A stretch of DNA of 62,019 nt, counting the filler. It is 10 parts of 10 records of this genome, joined end to end, with 100 filler letters (N's around TTAATTAATTAA, not from the genome) between each part and the next. Parts side by side here need not be neighbours in the genome. Positions count along the whole stretch, not along the records: positions 20,854 to 26,305 come from SRR31147125_237416; positions 26,406 to 31,659 come from SRR31147125_237892; positions 31,760 to 37,030 come from SRR31147125_239041; 7 more parts are not named here. The stretch is one strand, 5' to 3'. The notes under the pieces were generated by a model that saw only the letters and a program-made list of their open reading frames with translations, did not search any database and was not told the origin of the DNA. Below, piece after piece: positions 21,605 to 32,387 of the stretch. The number at the start of each line of letters is the position of its first letter. Positions within the stretch are counted from its first letter, which is position 1. The translations under genes were made by a program, and so were the position numbers.

Positions 21605-23860
21605 ATGACAGCACCCGAATCGGAGAGATTGACTTCTCTGCAAACTGCCTGGATGGAATACCTTGTGGACGCCGACCAACGAGCCGTTCTCTATTGGGAT
21701 GTCATGCGACGTCGCGGCAACCAGTATTTTGAACACATGGAGAAGAAAGCGCCCCATGTACTGCAATTTGAATACGACCCGATCATGACAGGCAAAGATC
21801 TGCCGCAACCGGTCAACTACGCGCTGGTGCAGATCCGTCCTTCCAAAAACGCGGGAACGGATCCCAAAAAGCGTCCTTTTGTGGTCATTGACCCCCGTGC
21901 CGGTCACGGTCCCGGCATTGGTGGGTTCAAACCGGAAAGTGAGATCGGCGTGGCACTGAGGGCAGGTCATCCCTGTTATTTCATTGGTTTTCTGCCCATG
22001 CCCGAGGATGGTCAGACCATCGAGACGGTGATGAATGCCGAGGCCGCCTTTCTCCAACGTGTGATTGAACGGCATCCCCAATCGGACGGGAAACCGGTCA
22101 TTATCGGCAACTGCCAAGCCGGGTGGGCCGCGATGATGCTGGCAGCCACGCACCCTGACGTGTGCGGCCCGATCATCGCCGCAGGCTCTCCCCTCTCCTA
22201 CTGGGCCGGTGTTCGCGGCGAAAACCCCATGCGATACTCCGGAGGGCTTTTAGGTGGCAGCTGGCTTACGGCACTTACCAGCGATATGGGCAACGGCAAG
22301 TTCGACGGCGCATGGCTGGTGCAGAATTTTGAAGGACTGAACCCGTCCAACACCCTCTGGTCAAAACAGTACAACCTCTACAAAAAGATCGATACGGAAG
22401 CCGCGCGATACCTGGGATTCGAACGTTGGTGGGGCGGGCATGTGATCTTGAACGCCGAAGAGATCCAATATATCGTGGACAACCTTTTTGTGGGGAACAA
22501 GCTTCCCTTTGCCGAGGTCGTGACCGCCGACGGTATGCGCGTGGATTTCAGAAAAATCCGCACTCCCATCGTCTGCTTCTGCTCAAAGGGTGACAACATC
22601 ACCCCTCCCCAACAGGCCCTGGGCTGGATCCTCGACCTGTACAAAAATGTTGGCGACATACGCGGCGCCGGCCAGACCATTGTGTATGCCATCCACGAAA
22701 ATGTCGGGCATCTGGGAATTTTTGTCTCCGGCGGTGTGTCCAAAAAAGAGCACACGGAGTTCGCCGAGAACATCGATCTCATCGACTGCCTGCCACCAGG
22801 GCTATACGAAGCCGTCATCAGGGAAAAATCAGATGCGACAGAAAACCTGGACCTGGTGAGCAACGACTATATATCCCGATTCGAACCCCGGACCCTTGAC
22901 GATATACGCGCCTTGGGCGGAAACACAACAGACGATGAACGCTGTTTTGCAACCGTGTCCCGGCTGTCCGAAGCAACCAACGGTCTTTATCGAACCCTGT
23001 TTCAACCCTTTGTTCAGGCAATGGCCACGGAACAGAGCGCTGAATGGCTGCGCAAGATGCACCCCCTGCGGCTGACGTACGAACTGGTATCCGACAAAGA
23101 CCCGCTGATGAACCAAATGGAAAACGCTGCCGCATACGTGAAGGAAAACCGGCAGCCGGCTGCCCCCGACAATATTTTTCTTGAATGGCAGAACCTTTTT
23201 TCCGAATTGACAGTGAAAAGCCTGGATTTTTACCGCGACTGGCGAGACATGATGTCCGAACAGCTCTTTTTCGGTATCTATTCCCAGCCCTGGCTCCAAG
23301 CCCTGTTGGGACTCAGGGCGTCCGATGACGCTTCGCAACGAAATCCCGGTTGGGACCCGGATCATAGGGCCTACGTTAACCGACGCATCGAAGAACGCCT
23401 GGCAGACCTTGAAAAGGGCGGTCAGAAAGAGGCGTTGATCCGTGCGGTGCTCTATGTGCGTGCCCCTGAAAAGGCTGTGGATGAGCGCGGATTTGAAATG
23501 ATCCGCCGCATCCGGAAAGAACACACCCCGGATGTCAGTTTGGACCGGTTTAAACAAGTGGTTCGGGATCAGTTTTTTATGCTCGGGCTTGACGAACGCC
23601 GGGCCGTTGATGCCATTCCCACCCTGCTCGAAGGGCATGAGAAAGAGATTCCGGAACTGCTGGAACTGGTCCGCAAGGTGGTGACGGCCTCGGAGAGACT
23701 CGGCCCTGAATCGCAAAAACGTCTGGCGGAAATTGAAAAATTATTTGCCGTAAAAAAACCGAAAACCGCGCAAATGAGAGCACCTAAATTCAAAGCAAAC
23801 GCAAAAGGCACACCAAAACCCAAGGCGGCTGAAAAGAAAGGTACAAAAACAAGGAAATAA
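21605..23860 (+). CDS. DUF3141 alpha/beta hydrolase-fold protein (PHA synthase-like)
   Basis: DPRAGHGPGIGGFK, GNCQAGW, GDNITPPQQAL, HLGIFVS; Lys-rich tail. Confidence 0.85.
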   Translation: MTAPESERLTSLQTAWMEYLVDADQRAVLYWDVMRRRGNQYFEHMEKKAPHVLQFEYDPIMTGKDLPQPVNYALVQIRPSKNAGTDPKKRPFVVIDPRAGHGPGIGGFKPESEIGVALRAGHPCYFIGFLPMPEDGQTIETVMNAEAAFLQRVIERHPQSDGKPVIIGNCQAGWAAMMLAATHPDVCGPIIAAGSPLSYWAGVRGENPMRYSGGLLGGSWLTALTSDMGNGKFDGAWLVQNFEGLNPSNTLWSKQYNLYKKIDTEAARYLGFERWWGGHVILNAEEIQYIVDNLFVGNKLPFAEVVTADGMRVDFRKIRTPIVCFCSKGDNITPPQQALGWILDLYKNVGDIRGAGQTIVYAIHENVGHLGIFVSGGVSKKEHTEFAENIDLIDCLPPGLYEAVIREKSDATENLDLVSNDYISRFEPRTLDDIRALGGNTTDDERCFATVSRLSEATNGLYRTLFQPFVQAMATEQSAEWLRKMHPLRLTYELVSDKDPLMNQMENAAAYVKENRQPAAPDNIFLEWQNLFSELTVKSLDFYRDWRDMMSEQLFFGIYSQPWLQALLGLRASDDASQRNPGWDPDHRAYVNRRIEERLADLEKGGQKEALIRAVLYVRAPEKAVDERGFEMIRRIRKEHTPDVSLDRFKQVVRDQFFMLGLDERRAVDAIPTLLEGHEKEIPELLELVRKVVTASERLGPESQKRLAEIEKLFAVKKPKTAQMRAPKFKANAKGTPKPKAAEKKGTKTRK

Positions 23861-23900
23861 AAGCAGATTTTTACTCATCCAACAGGGAGCAGACACAAAG

Positions 23901-25310
23901 ATGGTGACCAATAAAACATTTGATGAAATCAAGGTCGGCGACACCGCCGTCATGGAGCGAACCCTGACGAAGCAGGATATCGATTTGTTCGCCATCCTGT
24001 CCGGGGATATGAACCCCACCCATTTCAGCGACGAGTATGCACAGATGCTGCTGGAACGGCACAAACTCGTCGGTCACAGCATGTGGGGCGGCTCTCTCAT
24101 ATCGAGCCTGCTGGGCAACGATCTACCCGGTCCGGGTACCGTCTACCAGTCCCAGCACCTGGATTTTCAAACTGCGGTTGAATTGGCCGACACGCTGACC
24201 ATCCGCGTGACTGTCAAGGAAAAGCTTCCCACCGAAGGCAGTCTGATCATGGACTGTCTGGTGGTCAACCAGCGTGGGGAAAAGGTCATTACCGGAGAAG
24301 CCAAGATCAAGGCCCCCACCAAAAAACCGACGGATGCGGCGTCTCCCTATACCGACATGGAAATTCGTCCCACCGACTCTTTCAAGAAGCTGATTGCCCG
24401 TGTGGAGGACTGGGACCCCATTCCCACAGCTGTCTGTCACCCATGCAGCCGGGACGCGCTCAAGGGCGCCATCGATGCCGCAAAGGCCGATCTCATCGAA
24501 CCAATCCTGGTGGGCCCTGAAGACAAAATCCGCGCGGTAGCCGAACACCTGGACCTGGATATCAGCGCCTATCGCCTGATCAATACCCGCCACAGCCATC
24601 AATCGGCCACCGAGGCTGTGTCCATGTGCCGCAAGGGTGAGGCGGATGCCCTCATGAAGGGCAGCCTGCACACGGATGAACTCATGCGCGCGGTGGCCTC
24701 GCGGCAAAGCGGTCTACGCACGGAAACCCGCATCAGCCACGTCTTTCTTTTTGATGTGCCCACCTATCCGCGCGTCTTGTGTATCACTGATGCGGCCATC
24801 AATATTTATCCCACACTGGAAGACAAGGTCGACATCATTAAAAATGCCATCCAACTGGCCCATTCCCTGGGTGATGACAATCCCAAAGTGGCGATTTTAT
24901 CGGCGGTGGAAACCGTCAACCCCAAAATCCCTTCAACCGTTGAGGCGGCAGCCCTTTGTAAGATGGCCGACCGTGGGCAGATCCAGGGAGCGACCATCGA
25001 CGGCCCCCTGGCCTTCGACAATGCCATCAGCAAAGAGGCCGCCTTGATCAAGGGGATCGAATCACCGGTTGCCGGAGAGGCGAATATTATGGTTGTGCCC
25101 GACCTGGAGGCCGGCAACATGCTGGGAAAACAGCTCTCCTACCTGGCCAAAGCAGACTCGGCCGGTATTGTGCTGGGAGCCCGAGTACCCATTATCCTCA
25201 CCAGCAGGGCCGATTCCGCAGAAGCGCGGCTGGCTTCCTGTGCGGTGGCGGTGGCCTATGCCTATTGGAAACTTGAAAACGAAGATCTGAAAAGGAGCCT
25301 ACCGTCATGA
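23901..25310 (+). CDS. Bifunctional MaoC enoyl-CoA hydratase/phosphate acyltransferase
   Basis: SGDMNPTH and LPGPGT (MaoC); MKGSLHT, DGPLAFDNA and ILTSRAD (Pta/Ptb). Confidence 0.92.
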   Translation: MVTNKTFDEIKVGDTAVMERTLTKQDIDLFAILSGDMNPTHFSDEYAQMLLERHKLVGHSMWGGSLISSLLGNDLPGPGTVYQSQHLDFQTAVELADTLTIRVTVKEKLPTEGSLIMDCLVVNQRGEKVITGEAKIKAPTKKPTDAASPYTDMEIRPTDSFKKLIARVEDWDPIPTAVCHPCSRDALKGAIDAAKADLIEPILVGPEDKIRAVAEHLDLDISAYRLINTRHSHQSATEAVSMCRKGEADALMKGSLHTDELMRAVASRQSGLRTETRISHVFLFDVPTYPRVLCITDAAINIYPTLEDKVDIIKNAIQLAHSLGDDNPKVAILSAVETVNPKIPSTVEAAALCKMADRGQIQGATIDGPLAFDNAISKEAALIKGIESPVAGEANIMVVPDLEAGNMLGKQLSYLAKADSAGIVLGARVPIILTSRADSAEARLASCAVAVAYAYWKLENEDLKRSLPS

Positions 25311-26305
25311 CAGAAGGCATTGCCGTGATCAACGGCGGATCTTCGAGCATCAAATTTTCCGTATTTTCAAGTGAGGAAAACAGGCCCCCGGAATTTTGTT
25401 TCGGCGGGCAGGTGGAAGGCATCGGCGTGGCGCCCAGGTTTGTGGCCAAAAAGCCGGACGGAACCTTGATGGAAGAAAAAAATGGCAAAGCAGTCCGGGT
25501 CTCAACCGCCGGAGCCTATTGGAATTTTTGATCGAGTGGGTTTCGGAGAACCTGGGCGATATTAAAGTAAGGGCCGTGGGGCACCGGGTGGTCCACGGTG
25601 GAGAACGATACAGCTCTCCTGTCCGTGTGGAACCCTCGGTTTTGGAGACATTGGACGCCTTCATTCCCCTGGCGCCCCTTCATCAGCCTCACAACCTTCT
25701 ACCCATCCTCACCCTCGCGGAAATCAACCCGGATTTACTACAAGTGGCCTGCTTTGACACGGCATTTCATGCAACCAATCCGGCGGTGGAAAGAAATTTC
25801 GCACTCCCGCGCAGACTCACGGAGGAAGGTATCCACCGATACGGGTTTCATGGTCTCTCCTATGAATACATTGCCCGAACCCTGCCGGGAATCGATCCAA
25901 AAGCCGCTGACGGCAGGGTCGTGGTGGCCCACCTGGGAAGCGGTGCCAGCATGTGCGCCATCCGGAAAGGAAAAAGCATCGCTTCCACCATGGGGTTCAC
26001 TGCCGTGGAAGGTCTGCCCATGGGCACCCGAACCGGCAGTCTCGACCCCGGCGTTATGCTCTACCTGATGCGCCAGAAAAACATGGATGGAGATGCCATC
26101 GAAAACCTGCTGTACAAGCAGTCGGGACTGTTGGGCATTTCCGGTATCAGCAATGACATGCGCGTGCTAATCGATAGCGATGATCCGAAAGCCAGGGAAG
26201 CCATCGATCTTTTCGTCTACCGCATCTGCCGTGAACTTGGCAGCCTGTCGGCCGCCGCTGGGGGATTGGATGCCCTGGTGTTCACCGCCGGCATCGGCGA
26301 AAATT
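25307..26305 (+). CDS. ackA: Acetate/propionate kinase (partial; frameshift in A run near 25480)
   Basis: INGGSSSIK, GHRVVHGG, FDTAFH, RYGFHGLS, MGTRTG. Confidence 0.93.
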
Positions 26306-26405
26306 NNNNNNNNNNNNNNNNNNNNNNNNNNNNNNNNNNNNNNNNNNNNTTAATTAATTAANNNNNNNNNNNNNNNNNNNNNNNNNNNNNNNNNNNNNNN
26401 NNNNN
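26306..26405. other. Artificial contig linker
   Basis: Same 100-nt linker. Confidence 0.99.
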
Positions 26406-27096
26406 AAAAAAAGAGAGCTAAAACCATACCGCACCTACAAACCAACCGGCAGGAAATGCCCCCGGGTTTCCCCATGAGCTGCCCGGCATCAATTTGAAAG
26501 CTGCCGTAAATCGGTTGAGTTGCAGTGAAAACAGTATTCGAAGGATGTTGAATAATTTTTCAGAGCAATATGAATCTGCGGCAGATGATATCCGGAAATT
26601 CATGGATGAGGGTCGTTTCCTTGATGCGCAAAGGGTGGTACACAGTGTGAAAGGAATTTCGGGAAATTTATGTGCTGAAGAGCTGTACACTGCATCGAAA
26701 AACCTGGAAGAGGTCATCAAACAGGAAGAAATTGAAAAAATCTTGCCGTTATTAGAGAGTTTTAAAGCGCAGTTGGCCATTGTCATCGACTCTCTGAAAA
26801 GCCTTGAGCCGAAGATATTAACGGCAGTACCTACCGTTGAAGAGAAAAAACGGGATGCAGACCCGAATCAGATCGGACAGGTTTTGACGGAAATGGTGAG
26901 TCTTCTTAAAAAAAAGCGGGCCCATGGCTGGAAACTCTTAGAGCTCTTACTGAGCCACATTCCGGACGCCGGATTTCATGAAGAGAAAATAGGTCTGGAA
27001 AAAGCCATGAATCGGTTGGATACCCAAGCGGCTCTCTCGCTTCTGTCTACACTGGCTGAAAAACTTAATATTTCTATCAAAGGAGTCGGGGAGTGA
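26406..27096 (+). CDS. C-terminal Hpt domain of a hybrid sensor kinase (5' partial)
   Basis: LPGINL...VHSVKGISGNLCA Hpt motif. Confidence 0.85.
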
Positions 27097-29697
27097 ATGA
27101 GACTGTGCAAAAACCCAAGATTCTGATCGTGGATGATGCTCCTGAAAATATATGGACACTCATTGAAAATTTGGAAAAAACATATGAGGTCATGTATGCC
27201 ACCAGTGGAGAGGACGGCCTGGAAATCGCTTTCTCAGACGATCCACCGGATCTGATTCTTCTGGACATCATTATGCCTGGAATGGACGGATATCAGGTCA
27301 TAAAACAACTGAAAGGTGAAAAACAGACCTGTGACATTCCGGTGATTTTCCTGACCGCCAAAACCGACGACGAAGATGAGACGGAAGGATTCAGGCTGGG
27401 GGCATGGGATTATATCACCAAGCCTTTCAGCATGCCTGTTGTAAAGGCCAGGATTCAATCCGTTATCAATCTGAAACGGGAAATGGACCGCAGGTTCTTT
27501 CTCAAAACCCAAATGGAACGCCTCAATTTGCAGCTGGAGAGTCAAGTTCAGCAAAAAATTGAAGAGCTCCAAGAAGCCAGGAACGCACTGGATTTTCATG
27601 AAAAAAAGTACCGTCTTCTTTTTGAAAAATCCGACAAAATTACCCCTTCCCGGAAAAAGATACTGATTGTGGATGACAATCCGGAGAATATTCATCTCCT
27701 GTCGGATAACCTGGAGGAGGATTATGAGATTCTGTATGCCACAGACGGAAAGGATGCCCTGGAAACGGTTTTCTCCGGAGATCATCCGGATTTGATTCTT
27801 TTGGACATCATGATGCCGGGTCTGGACGGGTATGAGGTTTGCGGAAGGCTGAAGGCCAATGCCGAAACCTGGGAGATTCCCATCATCTTCATCACTGCAA
27901 TGAATCGGGAGGATGATGAAACAAAAGGACTGAAACTGGGAGCCATTGACTATATTTCCAAACCGTTCAGCATGGCGGTCGTTCGGGCCAGAATATCCAC
28001 TGCATTGCGTCTCCAGGAGGAGATGGATAGACGTATCATGCTGACACAACAACTCAAGGAGATGAATCAGGATCTGGAAAACAGGGTCAATGAACAGGTG
28101 GTAGAGTTAAGGCAGGCCCATGAGGCGCTAAAAGAGAGTGAGAGTCGATACCGTTCCATTTTTGAAAATGCGGTGGAAGGAATTTTCCAAGTGTCGCTTG
28201 AAGGCAACATGTTGGATGCCAGTCCGTCAATGGCACGGATTCTTGGATATGACTCTTCTGAAGAGTTGATTTCATCTGTCACCGATGTAGCGACCCAATG
28301 TTATTTCAACCCGGATGATCGCAGTACGCTTCTCCATTTACTGGCTCAAGCTCCCGATGGAGTGGTCCGGGGATATGAAACCAGAATGAAAAAAAGGATG
28401 GGAGCATCATTTGGGTCTCATTTTCAATCCGGTTTGTGTCTGGTGACCGAGGGCAGACCCTCTTTACCGAAGGATTCTGCATGGATATTACCGGACAGAA
28501 AGAAACTGAAAAGCGTCTTCGGGAGAGTGAAAAACAACTTCGCCAGGCCCAGAAAATGGAAGCAATTGGTACGCTTGCCGGTGGAATTGCGCATGACTTC
28601 AACAACATTCTTCATCCAATTATGGGGCATGCGGAACTTCTTTCAAAAAAATTACCTGATGCGAGTCCGTTTAGAAAGCACCTTGAGCAGATTCAATCAG
28701 CATCAAGGCGGGCGAAAAAACTGGTGGAACAGATTCTGACATTTTCCCGTCAGCAGCCCGGAGAAGTTCGACTGATGGGAATACAGCATATTGCCAAGGA
28801 AGTCATTAACCTTGTCAGATCTTCAATTCCCGCCAACATAAACATCCGGCAAAACATTGATAATCAGTGTGCTCCAATCAAGGCGGATCCAACCCATATT
28901 CATCAGATATTAATGAATCTTTTAACCAACGCCTATCATGCCATGGAGGAGAGTGGCGGAGAGCTGACAATAACCCTCAAAGAGGTACTGGTAGATGCCC
29001 ATCAGATACCCGTCTTGGATTTAAAACCCGGCAATTATGCCTGCCTCACAGTTGCGGATACAGGTACAGGAGTACCGGAAGAGATGAAGGAAAAAATCTT
29101 TGACCCGTTCTTTACCACAAAACCAAAGGGAAAAGGCACCGGGCTGGGTCTTTCAGTGGCTCACGGCATTGTAAAAAGCACTGGTGGCACAATAAACCTC
29201 TTTAGTATCCCCGGCAGAGGGGCAGAGTTTCATGTTTATCTGCCCATCGCCGAAAGTTCCGCAAAAAAAGAAATCAAAGCCGTACCAGTGTCAAGGAGGC
29301 CATTTGCGAGGGAAATGAAAAGATTCTTTTTGTGGATGATCAAGAAGAGAACATCGTGATTGCAGAACAGATGCTGGAGCAATTAGGCTATCAGGTGATT
29401 TCATATACCGACAGCCCTGCCGCCCTTGACGCTTTCAAAGAAAATCCTGATCAATTTGATATGGTCATGACTGATCTGGCAATGCCTGGGATGACCGGAG
29501 ACAGATTGGCCGTTGAACTCTTAAAGATACGTCCGAATATTTCAATATTGCTATGCTCGGGACTCAGTGATCAATTGAGTAAACAGGAATTGCTTTCTGT
29601 TGGTATAAAGGGATTTATATCAAAGCCTTACAATGAGAATGAGCTTTTTCAAAAAATTCGTGAACTGCTGCGATTAAAGAGCGGTTCACAGTTGTGA
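27093..29697 (+). CDS. Hybrid kinase REC-REC-PAS-HisKA-HATPase-REC (two frameshifts)
   Basis: Two ILIVDD/PDLILLD receivers, [28 protein letters not shown] and a final REC. Breaks near 28390 (A run) and 29290. Confidence 0.85.
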
Positions 29698-29876
29698 AAT
29701 CCCCCCAACAGTCCAATTACGCAAGACACCCACACCATCATTTTATTGATGGCAATCTCCCCCGCCAAATTAATCTAACTCAGCAAGTTCGTTAATCCTC
29801 TTGTTTTGTTACGACTTCGATCACTTCGTACTCTTTGAATCGGTTTGTGTTCAAAGAATACGAATCTCCATTTATT

Positions 29877-29889
29877 TATCAACTTATTA
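29877..29889 (+). promoter_or_regulatory. IHF consensus site
   Basis: TATCAACTTATTA matches WATCAANNNNTTR. Confidence 0.45.
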
Positions 29890-30029
29890 ACCCATAGAAG
29901 GAAATGAAAGAAAAGAGGGGAATCTTTCATGGCTAAGCACGAGTACATTTCGACTCAATAAAAATGTCGATCTGATTAGCGTCAATATTTTATTCCATAT
30001 TTACAGTATGTTATTGGTAAGGATTATGA

Positions 30030-30045
30030 TGGTACTCTTCTTGCT
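30030..30045 (+). promoter_or_regulatory. Sigma54 -24/-12 promoter
   Basis: TGGTAC-TCTTC-TTGCT, about 100 nt upstream of the permease. Confidence 0.7.
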
Positions 30046-30142
30046 ATTAACATTAAAAAAGTTCGAGTTCCAAAATTCCGGAGAATAATTTTGAATTCGG
30101 CAAGGCCAAAACGTGAGTTACAACTTAAGAAGGAGATGAAAA

Positions 30143-31576
30143 ATGGGATTTCATTTGAGTCATGCATTGAGAGAAGATGGTAAAGAACAGCCAGGTATCA
30201 AAATGGGGATTTTTACTTTCAGACTCCCCTTTGTCCATTATCCTGTGGAAATGCCTGAAGTCATCCAAGCACTTTTTATGTTTGTTACCGGACTGGCTGC
30301 CACAGCTTTTTTGCAGGATATGTTTGGTATGCCATTTGAGATTGCGCTGACCATTGTGCTGTTTCATGAAATTACCTATTGCCTTCATCAAACATTGGGA
30401 GATCCGCTTATATCTGGGTGGATCACTCCAGCAGTCCCTTTAACCATTGGATTTTTGGGTAAGTATTCCATGGGAATTGACAGGCTTGAAGCATTGATCG
30501 CGCTTCAGGTTTGCGTGGGAATTCTGTTTCTTGTTTTCGGGATCACCGGCATGGCAAAAAAACTGACCACCTGGCTACCCAATGCAATCAAATCTGGTAT
30601 CATCATGGGGGCTGCCATTGCAACGGTCGTCGGCAAATATGGCTTTCTTCCTGCAGCCGCCGGCGGAAAAGGCTTTGCCGTTTATCCATTCAGCATTTCA
30701 ACCGGGATGGGGATCGCATTTTTTCTTCTTTTTTCAAAGGGCTTTAAACAGATGCGCCGGCAAGCCAGTGTCGGCAGCATGGTCGGCATCGTTGCTAAAT
30801 ACGGCATGGTTCCCGGCATTATCGGGGGAATGTTGGTTGGGTTTATTACCCAAGAAGTGCCGCTGCCAACCATTGACAACTGGGGCTTTTTTCTCCCTCA
30901 TTTCGGAACCGTATTCTCTGAATGGTCAATTTTCGGAGTTGGTGTCCCGTCATTTGACGTGATTGTTTCAGCCCTTCCCATGGCGGTTGTCGCCTATATC
31001 ATTGCATTTGGAGACGTTGTCGTGGGGGAAACCGTTATGAAGCGAGCGAACAAGCTCAGACCGGATGAGCATATTGACATGAATACCAATCGTACCAATG
31101 TCGTTTGCGGAATTCGCAACTTGATTGAAGGATGCCTGGCTCCCACAGTCACTTTGGCCGGCCCCCTCTGGGCAGCAATGACAGTGGCGGTAACAGAACG
31201 ATATACACAGGGTAAGGAAGCCATGCACTCCATTTTCGGGGGGACCGGAACGTTCAATATCACGAAATTCATGTGTCTGTTCCTGGTTCCCTTGGTCTCC
31301 ATTTTTAAACCCGTCCTTCCACTGGCCATTGCTTTGACGTTGATGGTGCAAGCATTTGCTTGTTTCTTTATTGCCCTGGAGATGGTGGAAACCTCGGAAG
31401 AAAGAGGCGTCGCCGGTGTTACAGGCGCTATCCTTGCAGTCAGCGGTGCAGCATATGGTCTGGCAGCTGGATTGATTTTATATTTTTTGATCATGAAAAT
31501 GGGATTTCGATCATCCGACAAATCGTCGATAGAAGAAGTCAATTTAGCCATAAAACCTGTATCGATTAAAAATTGA
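30143..31576 (+). CDS. Polytopic membrane transporter (NCS2/xanthine-uracil permease-like), substrate unknown
   Basis: Many hydrophobic segments, GWITPAVP, AYIIAFGD; RBS AAGGAG. Confidence 0.7.
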   Translation: MGFHLSHALREDGKEQPGIKMGIFTFRLPFVHYPVEMPEVIQALFMFVTGLAATAFLQDMFGMPFEIALTIVLFHEITYCLHQTLGDPLISGWITPAVPLTIGFLGKYSMGIDRLEALIALQVCVGILFLVFGITGMAKKLTTWLPNAIKSGIIMGAAIATVVGKYGFLPAAAGGKGFAVYPFSISTGMGIAFFLLFSKGFKQMRRQASVGSMVGIVAKYGMVPGIIGGMLVGFITQEVPLPTIDNWGFFLPHFGTVFSEWSIFGVGVPSFDVIVSALPMAVVAYIIAFGDVVVGETVMKRANKLRPDEHIDMNTNRTNVVCGIRNLIEGCLAPTVTLAGPLWAAMTVAVTERYTQGKEAMHSIFGGTGTFNITKFMCLFLVPLVSIFKPVLPLAIALTLMVQAFACFFIALEMVETSEERGVAGVTGAILAVSGAAYGLAAGLILYFLIMKMGFRSSDKSSIEEVNLAIKPVSIKN

Positions 31577-31659
31577 GGGAGAAACTGACCGCTCGAGAAT
31601 TAACACGTTTACATTGAGATAGCTATAAGGGGTCAATTTTGTAGGTATTTCCGACTTTT

Positions 31660-31759
31660 NNNNNNNNNNNNNNNNNNNNNNNNNNNNNNNNNNNNNNNNN
31701 NNNTTAATTAATTAANNNNNNNNNNNNNNNNNNNNNNNNNNNNNNNNNNNNNNNNNNNN
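31660..31759. other. Artificial contig linker
   Basis: Same 100-nt linker. Confidence 0.99.
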
Positions 31760-32383
31760 CCCGAAAGATGTCGTCGAAGAGATCGGTTACTGGCAGGACC
31801 GCTATGGTATCATGGATTTTGTCTTCTATGATGATGCCCTGTTGGTGGACACGCGAAGGCATGCCAATCTCATTTTGGAGGGTGTCATACGAAGCGGAAG
31901 AAAACTCTTCTTTCATACCCCCAACGCAGTTCATATCAGGGAGATCGATGCCGAAACGGCGCGCCTCATGTACAGAGCCGGCTTCATACCCTGCGCCTGG
32001 GGCTGGAGACCACGGCGTTTGACAGCCGCGACGAATTGGATCACAAGGTGACGGCGGAGGAGTTTCATCGCGCAGTGGCGCACCTGAAGGCGGCCGGCTT
32101 CGATGCAAGCCAGATCGGTGCCTATCTGCTGGCCGGGCTCCCGGGGCAATCGGTCGCTTCAGTGGAACATTCGATCGGAGTGGTCAAGTCGGCCGGTATC
32201 ACTCCGGTACTGGCCCATTTTACGCCGATTCCCCACACCCGGATGTGGGCGGCTGCGGTAGCCATCTCCCGCTATGACCTGGCTGTCGATCCAATCTACT
32301 GTAACAATGCCATCTTTCCCTGTCATGGAGAGGAATTCTCCTGGCAGACGCTTTCCCGGCTCAAACGATTGGCGCAGTCTTGA
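31760..32383 (+). CDS. Radical SAM protein, C-terminal part (frameshift near 31990)
   Basis: DFVFYDDALL, FHTPNAVH, LGLET, AYLLAGLPGQ, FTPIPHT. Confidence 0.7.
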
Positions 32384-32387
32384 GGAC

